A DNA stretch of 64,000 bases from assembly GCA_036312945.1 (NCBI GenBank), contig JAXJNA010000044.1, positions 4,810-68,809 on the forward strand. Direction: 5' to 3'. A program made the translations under genes and the position numbers. Positions within the stretch are counted from its first letter, which is position 1; each line of letters opens with the position of its first letter. This document shows positions 8,317 through 17,810 of the stretch, in pieces. The notes under the pieces were generated by a model. It ran no database searches. It was not told the origin of the DNA and saw only the letters and a list, made by a program, of their open reading frames with translations. The stretch comes from Anaerostipes hadrus. GTDB lineage: Bacteria; Bacillota; Clostridia; Lachnospirales; Lachnospiraceae.

Positions 8317-8345
8317 ATTATAGTTATAAACCTAAATTTCGTCAA
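8317..8345 (-). promoter_or_regulatory. near-consensus sigma-A promoter of the sorE-like/rpiR unit
   Basis: Minus strand TTGACG (8340-8345), 17-nt spacer, TATAAT (8317-8322). The leader contains the dyad AAATTACA..TGTAATTT and a TAGGAATT direct repeat, which are possible operators. Confidence 0.6.
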
Positions 8346-8448
8346 CTTATTTTTCGCAAAATTTTATTTTTTGTATAAAACCATGATTTTTACCTTCTAT
8401 TTTTGTGCAATTTGTACAATTTCTAATTGATCTTTTCTGTTTCTGCAC

Positions 8449-8473
8449 AAAAAAAGAAGGACTTTCGTCCTTC
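8449..8473 (-). terminator. intrinsic terminator after the TPR protein gene
   Basis: Minus strand GAAGGAC-GAAA-GTCCTTC followed by TTTTTTT. Confidence 0.8.
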
Positions 8474-8502
8474 TCAACTCTTATCATGAAATTGTCACGA
8501 AA

Positions 8503-9156
8503 TTATCGTGTCTCCAAAAATGTCAGCTCTTTCTTGCCATTTGCATCCTTTGGATAGGCTTTTACATAAGCTTTTGCATAACGATATGCTGTATCGAAAT
8601 CAAACATGGATTCATACGCACTGATCCTAGCGAATAAAACTTCCTTCTTATTCTCAAGATCCTTCTGTTTTAATGCTGTCTCGATCACTTTTAGCCCTTG
8701 TGCATACTTCTCCTGTTTTGCCAGCACCGCATATTTTGTACAATAGATCTCTCCATCGTCTGGATGTTCTTTTATTCCCTGATCACATACATCTATTGCT
8801 TTGTTTAGCTTCTTCTGCTGGGCAAGACAATATGCTTTCAAAGAATATGCCCTGCTTTCTCCATGATCGATCAGCTGATCATAGATCTCTATGGCTTTCC
8901 CATACTCTCCCATCTGGTAAAGAGCCTCTCCTTCGTAGAATAAAACATCTTTCTTTTGTTTTGTGAAAATGAGAGTGAATTTCCCTGCTGCATGGTCAAA
9001 TTGTTCGTATGCTTTCTGATATTCTTTCTTATCAAGATATGTAATTCCTTCGCTTGCTGTCATTCTTTGGCTGATATATCCAAATCCGCAAAAAGCAGCC
9101 AGCGCGATCAGGACAACTATAACTGCTGTAATGATTCCTTTTCCTTTACTGTTCAT
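8503..9156 (-). CDS. membrane-anchored tetratricopeptide (TPR) repeat protein
   Basis: AGGAGA lies 6 nt before the ATG at 9154-9156 (MNSKGKG...). TM segment IITAVIVVLIALAAFCGFGYI is followed by TPR-like repeats (YQKAYEQF, GEYGKAIEIYDQ, LNKAIDVCDQ). Confidence 0.8.
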   Translation of the reverse strand: MNSKGKGIITAVIVVLIALAAFCGFGYISQRMTASEGITYLDKKEYQKAYEQFDHAAGKFTLIFTKQKKDVLFYEGEALYQMGEYGKAIEIYDQLIDHGESRAYSLKAYCLAQQKKLNKAIDVCDQGIKEHPDDGEIYCTKYAVLAKQEKYAQGLKVIETALKQKDLENKKEVLFARISAYESMFDFDTAYRYAKAYVKAYPKDANGKKELTFLETR

Positions 9157-9253
9157 AATCTTTCTCCTGCTTTGCATTTTTAATTCTTCTGCCTCTTAGT
9201 ATAACAAATTCTCTTTTCGCATACAAGCTAAGCCTTCCTATATCTTTCTTCCC

Positions 9254-11017
9254 TTATTTTGTAATATAGAATCCAGAACTCTTTCGCTGTGTGATATTTC
9301 CACATTTATCGATAAATCTTGCATAGATACTCACTTTTTTGTTCTTCTTTTTATAGGTTATTTTATTCGCTGTTTTCCATCGATATTTGGATGCTTTTTT
9401 GCCTTTTGGCACGACCTTATATTGTGTCTTTGATTTCCCGCTGATTCCATAGGATGCTGAAAATACAAATTTGGCTGACTTTTTGATTTTCTTATTGTAA
9501 GACGTTTTTGTTGACGTTTTCAATGTCTTGATCCCTGATCTGTTAACCTTGATCTTCGTCTTTGTCGGTGCTTTTTTATCTACCGCGATTCCTGAAAGCT
9601 GCATCTCATCTATCCCTGCATCTGTGACAAACCTCACATAGACCCTGCCTATCATGCCGTCTTTGAGCGTTAATGTCGTACCGGTTTTGTATGGTACACT
9701 TCCTTTGGAAGTTCCTTTTTTCACAAATTTATACTGAATTTGTTTTAGATTTGTGAAGCTCTTTGCCTGTGCTGAAATCCTGATCTTGATGTTTTTTCTC
9801 TCATAATGCTGATATGCTGCAGAGGCATCGGAACGAAGTGGTGTCATTTTCTTCTTTGTATTTGCCTGCACTGTAACTTTCTGCATCAAAGGGGTACGCT
9901 TCTGTTTTACCACATATCCCGCATGACTTGGTACATTACCGCCTTTTTGTGCTGACACACTTAGATTCTTACCATCGGACGATACTACGATCGTTCCTTT
10001 ATCTGATGTCTGATAAACATCCATTCCTGACAGATCACGAAGTACATTGCTCTCTGGTGTCTGATTTACATTTTTATACCCATTACTGATGATCGCAATA
10101 CTTGCACCTGTTCGATCGATCAGATACTTATGATCCGAATCGTATACATAACGACCTTTCGGTTTATCCTGCAAGCGAACATCCTGATATCCATGATGCG
10201 GCTGCTTTAATACCTGTGCACTTAAATCGTAACCTCTGGCTGCAATCTTTTTGATCGTTTCCTGCTGTGCATCACCTGTCATTAAAAATGAATTACTGCC
10301 ATAAACGATCCTCGTCACTATTGAATATTTATTTACCTGTCTTGTATTTAAATCTGGTGCATCCTGTGCTCTTCCATATCTATAGGTATTATCTAACGGA
10401 CCATAAAAAGTCATTACCGCTTCGCCTAATTTTACGGATGTTCCGGCCTGTGGCACAACATACTGGATATGCAATGATGCATCTTTGTATGAGTTCCTCT
10501 TCTCTAGTTTCTTCTTGAATGTCTGATACGTCTGTGTATCAAATGCTGTCCATCGGGCTGTTTCTTCTGTTTGCTTTTCTTTATCTTCGCTGCTTTCCAG
10601 ATATTCAAATTCCAATGGATTTCCATAAATCGTATCGATCGTAATATTCTTATCTTCTAGTATCTTTTTCATTCCACCGATATGATCTCCATGTGGATGA
10701 GTAAGAACAACAAATTCCAGATGTTTTACTCCATGATCCAGCAAATACTGGTGCACACGGTCTGATACATCGATCGTATCATGATCTGTTGTCTCATAAG
10801 AATAAGCCCCAGAATCGATCAGGGCATACTTCGCGTTTTCTCCTTCTCCATATTGAAGCAAAGCTCCATCGGCGGCCCCTACGTCGATAAAATGAACCTT
10901 AAATGTCTGTGCTGCATTAACTTTGATCGTTTGATTTCCCGATACGTGCAAAACAGTGATGCCTGTAAGCATCACTGTCAGCAGTACCGCTATGATCTTC
11001 TTTGTAAAATATTTCAT
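9254..11017 (-). CDS. secreted MBL-fold metallo-hydrolase (ComEC/Rec2-type beta-lactamase-like domain) with two C-terminal lysine-rich beta-sandwich repeats
   Basis: 587 aa with a signal peptide (MKYFTKKIIAVLLTVMLTGITVLHVSG). Motifs HFIDVGAADGALL, ALIDSGA, LTHPHGDHIGG (HxHxDH) and MTGDAQ. The C-terminus holds two related modules (..YKFVKKG.., ..YKVVPKGKKASKYRWKT..). Confidence 0.85.
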   Translation of the reverse strand: MKYFTKKIIAVLLTVMLTGITVLHVSGNQTIKVNAAQTFKVHFIDVGAADGALLQYGEGENAKYALIDSGAYSYETTDHDTIDVSDRVHQYLLDHGVKHLEFVVLTHPHGDHIGGMKKILEDKNITIDTIYGNPLEFEYLESSEDKEKQTEETARWTAFDTQTYQTFKKKLEKRNSYKDASLHIQYVVPQAGTSVKLGEAVMTFYGPLDNTYRYGRAQDAPDLNTRQVNKYSIVTRIVYGSNSFLMTGDAQQETIKKIAARGYDLSAQVLKQPHHGYQDVRLQDKPKGRYVYDSDHKYLIDRTGASIAIISNGYKNVNQTPESNVLRDLSGMDVYQTSDKGTIVVSSDGKNLSVSAQKGGNVPSHAGYVVKQKRTPLMQKVTVQANTKKKMTPLRSDASAAYQHYERKNIKIRISAQAKSFTNLKQIQYKFVKKGTSKGSVPYKTGTTLTLKDGMIGRVYVRFVTDAGIDEMQLSGIAVDKKAPTKTKIKVNRSGIKTLKTSTKTSYNKKIKKSAKFVFSASYGISGKSKTQYKVVPKGKKASKYRWKTANKITYKKKNKKVSIYARFIDKCGNITQRKSSGFYITK

Positions 11018-11041
11018 ACTTCCATCCTAGCGTTTTCTTTG

Positions 11042-12817
11042 TTATTTCTTAGTTACGTAAAATCCATTTGTCTTCTTTGTTGTGATATTTCCAGATTTAT
11101 CAATATATCTTACATATAAACGAACTTTTTTATTTCTTGTCTTATAAGTTACACTATTTCCTGTTTTCCATTTGTACTTGGAAGCTTTTTTTCCTCTTGG
11201 TACAAACTTATACTGTGTCATGGATTTTCCACTGGTTCCATAATTGGCACTAAATGTAAATTTGACAGACTTCTTGATCCGTTTACTGTAAGTGTTCTTT
11301 GCAGATGTTGACAGTGTTTTGATCCCTGACTTATTCGCTTTGATCTTCACACTGGTTGGTGCTTTCGTATCAACTGTAAATCCAGGAAGTTTGATCTCTG
11401 TTGATCCTAATGGTGTATTATATCTTACATAAAACCTTCCACAATTTCCATTTTTGACGGTATAGGAACTTCCTGTCTTATATGCTATGGTTTTATTATT
11501 CACACCTTTTGGCACAAACTTATATTCAATGCTTGTCAACTTTGTAAATCCTTGAGCTGCTCCTGAAAATCTTACAGTGATATTCTTCTTTTCATAACGA
11601 TTATAAGTATTCGCAGCATCCACGCTTGTTGCTGTCAAAGGCTTTGTTGTGTTCGCTGTGATATTCATGGATTTCATCACTGGAGATGATGTTTCATCGT
11701 CACTTTCCTTTCCTTTGACACTTGGCTGGTTATCTCCTTTCTCTGTCTGGATCGATAACTGTGAGCCATCGGATGTTACAATGATCGTTCCACGATCTCC
11801 TGTCTCATAGACGTCTAATTTTGATAAGTCTTTTAAGACTTTTGTATATGGAACACCACCTGTATTCATGTATCCATTACTGATGATCGCAATACTAGCC
11901 TGTGATGCATCGATCACTGTTTTATGATCAGAATACTGGTATCCATTGGCTAATTCTTCTTCTGTGACATCCTGAAATCCATGATGTGGCTCCTTGAGCA
12001 CCTGTGCTGTCAGATCATATCCCTTCGCGATGATCTTCTCGATCGTTTCTTTCTGGGCATCTCCTGTCATTAAGAAAGAGTTGCTTCCGTAAACGATCTT
12101 TGTTACGATAGAATATTTATTTTCCTGTCTTGTATTCAAATCTACTTTACGTCCGTACTGATAGTCATTCTCCAATGGTCCGTAGAATGTCATCTTTGCT
12201 TCTCCGAAGTTGATCGTTTCGCCAGCTGTTGGTACTACATAATCTACTTTTAGATTTTCTTTCTCTGTTTTGTCTTCTGCCTCTTCGGCAAGTTTATTTC
12301 TTGCTTCTAAAGCTGTTTTGAAGTTCTTGTATATTTTGGTATCAAATTCTGTCCAATTTGTTTCATCTGCAGACTGCTTACTCTTATCCTCGCTGCTTTC
12401 TAAGTACTGAATATTCAGATCATTCCCATAAATCTTATCGATCTTGATCGTTGTATCAGAAAGAATCTTCTCCATACCTCCGATATGATCCTGATGAGGA
12501 TGTGTCAGAAGTATAAATTCCAGATGTTTTACTCCCATCTTATTTAAATATTCATAGACTGGTGTCTTTGTTGTGTCAATCGTCGTATCCTTTGTATTAT
12601 GATACTGGTTTGCTCCTGTATCGATCAATGCATACTTTGCTTCTGTTCCTTCTCCATACTGTAATAATGCAGCATCTGCACATCCGACATCAATAAAATG
12701 AATCTTAAATGTCTGTGCTGCTTTTGCCGTATGCATTCCATGCCCGGTTACAACTGTTGTGCAGACCAATATCCATGCCAGAAAGCACACTGCAAGTTTC
12801 CTTATAATGTTCCTCAT
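11042..12817 (-). CDS. secreted MBL-fold metallo-hydrolase, tandem paralogue of 9254..11017
   Basis: 591 aa with the same architecture: signal peptide, HFIDVGCADAALL, LTHPHQDHIGG, MTGDAQ and two C-terminal modules. It is colinear with its neighbour along the full length. Confidence 0.85.
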   Translation of the reverse strand: MRNIIRKLAVCFLAWILVCTTVVTGHGMHTAKAAQTFKIHFIDVGCADAALLQYGEGTEAKYALIDTGANQYHNTKDTTIDTTKTPVYEYLNKMGVKHLEFILLTHPHQDHIGGMEKILSDTTIKIDKIYGNDLNIQYLESSEDKSKQSADETNWTEFDTKIYKNFKTALEARNKLAEEAEDKTEKENLKVDYVVPTAGETINFGEAKMTFYGPLENDYQYGRKVDLNTRQENKYSIVTKIVYGSNSFLMTGDAQKETIEKIIAKGYDLTAQVLKEPHHGFQDVTEEELANGYQYSDHKTVIDASQASIAIISNGYMNTGGVPYTKVLKDLSKLDVYETGDRGTIIVTSDGSQLSIQTEKGDNQPSVKGKESDDETSSPVMKSMNITANTTKPLTATSVDAANTYNRYEKKNITVRFSGAAQGFTKLTSIEYKFVPKGVNNKTIAYKTGSSYTVKNGNCGRFYVRYNTPLGSTEIKLPGFTVDTKAPTSVKIKANKSGIKTLSTSAKNTYSKRIKKSVKFTFSANYGTSGKSMTQYKFVPRGKKASKYKWKTGNSVTYKTRNKKVRLYVRYIDKSGNITTKKTNGFYVTKK

Positions 12818-12940
12818 TTGTTACTCCCTTTCTTTGTTTTTCATCTTTATTCTTGATATTTCTTTTTTACAACCGAATTTTAACATATTCTTAATATTTT
12901 TGCAATTTTTTTGAAATATTTTATCATCTGTTTTTACATG

Positions 12941-12976
12941 AACAAAGGAAGAGTTCCTCCTTTGGGAACTCTTCCT
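12941..12976 (-). terminator. intrinsic terminator after glgP
   Basis: Minus strand GGAAGAGTTCC-(7 nt)-GGAACTCTTCC followed by TTTGTT. Confidence 0.7.
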
Positions 12977-13022
12977 CTTAACTTATCATATTCAATACTA
13001 TATTTCAAGACTCTGTATAAGA

Positions 13023-15479
13023 CTATCTGATCTTATCTAAGTGCCAGATATCATCAACATATTCCTGAATTGTACGGTCAGATGAGAACTTACCACATCC
13101 TGCTGTGTTGGTCATCGCCATCTTAGCCCATCCTTTTGTATCTCTATATGCTTCTTCTACTTTCTTCTGAGCTTCTGCATATGAACGGAAGTCTTTTAAG
13201 ATGAAGTACATATCTGCCTGACTTCCTGTATCACCAAATAACAGACTCTGGTACAGATCTTTGTAAAGTTCTGGATCACCATTTGCATATGTTCCATCTA
13301 CTAACTGATCTAAGACTTCATGGATGTCTTTATCATTCTGGTAAATCTCATATGGATGATATCCACCGTTGTTCTCATAATTGATAACTTCTTCTGAGCT
13401 CATACCGAAGATAAATGCATTCTCAGCTCCAACTTCATCAACGATCTCTACATTCGCTCCATCCATTGTTCCAAGTGTTGGTGCACCATTTAACATGAAC
13501 TTCATGTTACCTGTTCCTGATGCTTCTTTGGATGCTGTTGAAATCTGTTCGCTGACATCTGCTGCCGCAAAGATCCATTCTGCATTGGATACACGATAAT
13601 CTTCAATAAATACAACTTTTAACTTACCTTTGATGGATGCATCGTTATTTACTTTATCAGCTACAGAGTTGATCAGTTTGATCGTCTGTTTTGCACGAAG
13701 GTATCCAGCTGCTGCCTTAGCACCAAAAATAAATGTTCTTGGGTAGAACTTCATATTTGGATTCTTCTTTAACTGATTATACAGATACATCACATGTAAA
13801 ATATTCATCAGCTGACGTTTGTATTCATGAAGTCGTTTTACCTGTACATCAAAGATGGATGTTGGATCAACTTCTACGCCATTGTGTTCTAAGATATATT
13901 TTGCAAGACGTTTTTTATTCTGCAGTTTGATATCCATAAATTCTTTCTGAGCTTTTGGATCATCCACATATTTCTTCAATCCTGACATTAAAGAAAGGTC
14001 TGTTGCCCATGTGTCTGTTCCAAGTTTCTTTGTTACCCAATCTGCAAGTAATGGGTTTCCATGCATTAAGAAACGTCTCTGTGTGATTCCGTTTGTCTTG
14101 TTGTTGAATTTCTCTGGCATCATCTGATAGAAATCTTTTAATTCCTGATCCTTTAAGATTTCTGTATGAAGTTTTGCTACACCATTGACAGAATATCCTG
14201 CTGCGATCGCCATATGTGCCATACGTACCTGTCCATCCCAAAGGATCGCCATCTTCTTGACTTTCTCTTCGTTTCCTGGATACATCTCACGGATCTTGTT
14301 TACAAAACGACGGTCGATCTCTTCTACGATCTGGTATACTCTAGGAAGTAATTTAGAGAATAAGTCGATTGGCCATTTCTCTAATGCTTCTGCCATGATC
14401 GTATGGTTTGTGTATGCACAAGTCTTTGTTGTAACTTCCCATGCTTCATCCCATCCAAGACCTTCTTCATCCATTAAGATTCTCATCAGTTCTGCAACAG
14501 ATACTGTTGGATGAGTATCGTTCATCTGGATCGTCATCTTCTCGTAAAGTTTTGTGATGTCATCGTGGTTTTTCTTATATTTGGCTACTGCTGCCTGTAA
14601 ACTTGCAGATACGAAGAAATACTGCTGTTTTAAACGAAGCTCTTTTCCTTCATAGTGATTATCGTTTGGATATAATACTTCTACGATATTCTTTGCAAGG
14701 TTCTTCTGTTCTACTGCTTTGTCATATTCACCTTTATCAAAAGAATCCAGCTGGAAGTCAGTGATCGGCTCTGCATCCCAGATCCTTAACGTATTAACGA
14801 TATGATTTCCATATCCTACGATCGGATAGTCAAATGGGACTGCCATAACTGACTGATAGTTCTCCTGAATGAAGTTAGTTCTTCCAGTTGCTTCATCATA
14901 TTCTGTACGGATATTTCCACCAAAACGTACTTCTTTGGCATATTCTGGACGTTTTAATTCAAACGGATTTCCATTCTTTAACCATTCATCTGGTACTTCT
15001 ACCTGATATCCATCTTTGATCTTCTGTTTGAACATTCCATATTGGTAGCGGATTCCACATCCATAAGCTGCATATCCAAGTGTTGCCAATGAATCAAGGA
15101 AACATGCTGCTAATCTTCCAAGACCACCATTACCAAGTGCTGGGTCTGGTTCCTGGTCTTCAACGGCATTCAGATCTACGCCTAATTCATCGAGTGCTTC
15201 TTTCACTTCTCCATACATGCTCATATTAATGAGGTTATTTCCAAGTGCTCTTCCCATCAGGAATTCCATGGACATATAATATAAAATCTTTGGGTCTTTC
15301 TCTTCGTAGGTCTTCTGAGTATCCATCCAGTCCTCAATGATCCATTCTTTCAGAGCATAAGCTACAGCCTGATAAATCTGCTGCTGGGATGCATTATCAA
15401 TCTCAACTCTGAACTGAGTCTTTAAATTATTGAGTACTTCCTGTTTAAACAGTTTCTTATCAAATCTTTCTGTTTTCAT
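13023..15479 (-). CDS. glgP: glycogen/maltodextrin phosphorylase (GT35)
   Basis: 818 aa. Motifs HEYKRQLMN and the PLP-lysine motif EASGTGNMKFMLNGA. Confidence 0.97.
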   Translation of the reverse strand: MKTERFDKKLFKQEVLNNLKTQFRVEIDNASQQQIYQAVAYALKEWIIEDWMDTQKTYEEKDPKILYYMSMEFLMGRALGNNLINMSMYGEVKEALDELGVDLNAVEDQEPDPALGNGGLGRLAACFLDSLATLGYAAYGCGIRYQYGMFKQKIKDGYQVEVPDEWLKNGNPFELKRPEYAKEVRFGGNIRTEYDEATGRTNFIQENYQSVMAVPFDYPIVGYGNHIVNTLRIWDAEPITDFQLDSFDKGEYDKAVEQKNLAKNIVEVLYPNDNHYEGKELRLKQQYFFVSASLQAAVAKYKKNHDDITKLYEKMTIQMNDTHPTVSVAELMRILMDEEGLGWDEAWEVTTKTCAYTNHTIMAEALEKWPIDLFSKLLPRVYQIVEEIDRRFVNKIREMYPGNEEKVKKMAILWDGQVRMAHMAIAAGYSVNGVAKLHTEILKDQELKDFYQMMPEKFNNKTNGITQRRFLMHGNPLLADWVTKKLGTDTWATDLSLMSGLKKYVDDPKAQKEFMDIKLQNKKRLAKYILEHNGVEVDPTSIFDVQVKRLHEYKRQLMNILHVMYLYNQLKKNPNMKFYPRTFIFGAKAAAGYLRAKQTIKLINSVADKVNNDASIKGKLKVVFIEDYRVSNAEWIFAAADVSEQISTASKEASGTGNMKFMLNGAPTLGTMDGANVEIVDEVGAENAFIFGMSSEEVINYENNGGYHPYEIYQNDKDIHEVLDQLVDGTYANGDPELYKDLYQSLLFGDTGSQADMYFILKDFRSYAEAQKKVEEAYRDTKGWAKMAMTNTAGCGKFSSDRTIQEYVDDIWHLDKIR

Positions 15480-15590
15480 GATTGTCTCTTCCCCTTTCGT
15501 GTTCCCAGTGTGTTATTAATTTTATCATATAAATTGGAAATATGATACAAAAATTACAAATATCATTTGTATTTTTTTTCGTAAGTTCTT

Positions 15591-17291
15591 CTATTTATAC
15601 AAACTAGCTGCCACACATAATTTTCCGTATCCAATTTCATTGTTTGGATAGTCCAAAAATCCATTCATTTTCCTTGCGCCTTTATGAAAATACGCTTTGA
15701 TCCGCTCTCCATACAAATAGGGATCATTGTTTCTTATGATCCCCCATTCCATCAAAAGAGCTGCCGCTCCTGTGACAAATGGCGTTGCCATCGAAGTCCC
15801 GGACAAGCTGTTTTCACCGCCTCCTGGTGCTGCTGCCAAGATTCCAACTCCTGGTGCCACAAGATCTGGTTTCTTTACACCATATCTTTGATCACCCCGC
15901 CCCGAAAAATCTGCATAGGACTGATATCTGACATCATACGCACCTGCTGAGATCACATTTTCTGCAGTTGATGGAATTGTCAAAGTAAACTCTTTATCTG
16001 GCTCTAAAAATCTAGTTTCCTGATTACTTCCTGAGGATACCGGAAGCCACATCTGATATTCCCCGTTTCTGATATTCCTTGGAATCAATATAAGATTCCA
16101 TTGTCCACTCTCTATATGATCCCCATCCTGCACAATAAAACTAAGAAATATTTCCTGCCTTACATTGTACGGTGTTGGATAACCATTGTATACAAAGACG
16201 ATCGTATCTCCATATGAATATTTTGACTTTCCCTGTTGATCTGTGATCTCATAAGAGATTCCCGATGGAGATACCAGCTGTATTCTTAACTCATCCACGA
16301 AATCTTTCCATATCTGGAGATTTAGATTCTGTTCAAATGGTGCAACATCCAATAAGATTTTTTGTTCTTCCTTGATCAGCTTTCCTTGTTTATGCCTCCC
16401 ACTATTTCCCTCATTCCCTGTTCCAATGCAGATCGTACATTTCCATTGCTGTGCGATCTGTGATATAAATCTTTCTAACAAGGAATTTCCTCTGTGGTCT
16501 CCATAATTATGTCCATAACTGATATTGACCGCAACCGGCCGTCCTGCCTGTGATGCTTCATTGATCACATATTGTAATGCTGTCATCAATTGTGTCGTCC
16601 TTGGAAAACCTTTTTCTCTCGTATCTCCCAATTTCACAACGATCAGTTCTGCATATGGTGCAACCCCGTTTGTCCCGGCACAGATTGAGGCTACATGTGT
16701 TCCATGCCCGGATCGATCGCTGCTTCGAAAATCGTATCTTCCACTTTCTGAATGCAATACTTTATTGATTTCTTCTTTCGTATAGAGATTTCCATTAAGA
16801 AATGGTTGGGGTGGACTTCCTTTGATCGTTTGATCCCATAATGCATAAATCTTAGTATCTCCATTTTCATCCACAAAATCTGGGTGAAAAATATCAATCC
16901 CTGTATCGATCACAGCAACAAAAACACCTCTTCCAGTCAATGAAAGAGGTGGATTCTTGGCCGACAACATACAAGATGCGGCGATTGATGGCTGTCGGCT
17001 TAATAATAGATTTTTCGGTTTCTCTATATAAATAACTTGTTCATTTGCCCCAAATGCTTCCAACTCGTCTTCTTTTATATAGGCGATCGCATAACCCATA
17101 CTCAACGGTTCGATCATCGTTGTGTCTGACCGCCTGATCGTGTCAAGTGTGCCTGCGTAGCGAAATATGACCTCCCATTGATCCGTTTCTTTATCGTATC
17201 CTGCATCTAAATCTTTGGATCTCTCCCGTTCTTCTTCGCTAAGATCCAGAGCAAGATTTAATTGATTTTCAAACTTTTCATCCTGTTCCAT
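15591..17291 (-). CDS. S8 (subtilisin-family) serine peptidase, possibly Csp-like germination protease
   Basis: Catalytic triad contexts VAVIDTGIDIFHPDF, GHGTHVASI and GTSMATPFVTGAAALL. There is no signal peptide. The N-terminal prodomain-like segment (LNLALDLSEEERERSKDLDAGYDKETDQWEVIFRYAGTL) and the ~565-aa size recall clostridial Csp proteases. The ATG at 17289-17291 is preferred over the TTG at 17330, but the start is uncertain. Confidence 0.8.
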   Translation of the reverse strand: MEQDEKFENQLNLALDLSEEERERSKDLDAGYDKETDQWEVIFRYAGTLDTIRRSDTTMIEPLSMGYAIAYIKEDELEAFGANEQVIYIEKPKNLLLSRQPSIAASCMLSAKNPPLSLTGRGVFVAVIDTGIDIFHPDFVDENGDTKIYALWDQTIKGSPPQPFLNGNLYTKEEINKVLHSESGRYDFRSSDRSGHGTHVASICAGTNGVAPYAELIVVKLGDTREKGFPRTTQLMTALQYVINEASQAGRPVAVNISYGHNYGDHRGNSLLERFISQIAQQWKCTICIGTGNEGNSGRHKQGKLIKEEQKILLDVAPFEQNLNLQIWKDFVDELRIQLVSPSGISYEITDQQGKSKYSYGDTIVFVYNGYPTPYNVRQEIFLSFIVQDGDHIESGQWNLILIPRNIRNGEYQMWLPVSSGSNQETRFLEPDKEFTLTIPSTAENVISAGAYDVRYQSYADFSGRGDQRYGVKKPDLVAPGVGILAAAPGGGENSLSGTSMATPFVTGAAALLMEWGIIRNNDPYLYGERIKAYFHKGARKMNGFLDYPNNEIGYGKLCVAASLYK

Positions 17292-17357
17292 ACGATATCT
17301 GCACACTTTCGTTTTTCTTATCTTATGCAAAATCTTTGAGGTTTATTCTCTGATTGC

Positions 17358-17810
17358 TTATATCTCTTTTTTGCAATATTTCCATACGGATGCACAAATT
17401 CCATAAACAGAAGATGCTGTCATGATCCCTGCTGCAACCGCCACTGCGATCAGCAATGTTTTTTGCCCGTATAAATAAAATAAATGCCACTGTTTTGCCA
17501 AGACATAATTCATCGTATAATATAAATTTCCACCTGGCACTAATGGAATGATCCCCGTGATCAAAAATACTGTTACAGGAGTCTTTAAGATCCTTGCCAT
17601 TGTTTCTGCATAGACTGTCGCAACTGCAGCCGCCGCCAGGTTCGCCACAAATGTACTTGGCATCTCATTCCACACGATAAGATAGGCGATCCATGATACC
17701 ATCCCTGAAATCCCAGCCATACAAAGTTTTTTCCCTCGAAGGTTATAAAGTACTGCAAATCCAAAACTTCCAACAAAACTTGCCAGTACCTGTATGATCT
17801 CTGCTTTCAT
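17358..17810 (-). CDS. threonine/serine exporter family protein, small subunit (ThrE_2/YjjB-like)
   Basis: 150 aa with 4-5 TM segments. Abuts the ThrE/YjjP-like gene with no intergenic gap. Confidence 0.8.
   Translation of the reverse strand: MKAEIIQVLASFVGSFGFAVLYNLRGKKLCMAGISGMVSWIAYLIVWNEMPSTFVANLAAAAVATVYAETMARILKTPVTVFLITGIIPLVPGGNLYYTMNYVLAKQWHLFYLYGQKTLLIAVAVAAGIMTASSVYGICASVWKYCKKEI

Noticed and set aside
13960-14241. 93-aa minus-strand ORF in another frame of glgP; likewise 42498..42830 in PBP2, 37831..38442 in rodA, 17585..18186 in the thrE genes, and 63208..63450 in the second phosphorylase
   Set aside because: These are out-of-frame ORFs nested in strongly supported genes, with atypical Arg/Trp/Cys-rich composition.
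15545-15575. Dyad TACAAAT-GAT-ATTTGTA between the S8 protease and glgP
   Set aside because: It could be a weak terminator or an operator, but the stem is a 7-bp AT-only stem and no recognisable promoter context was found. It is not reportable as a feature.
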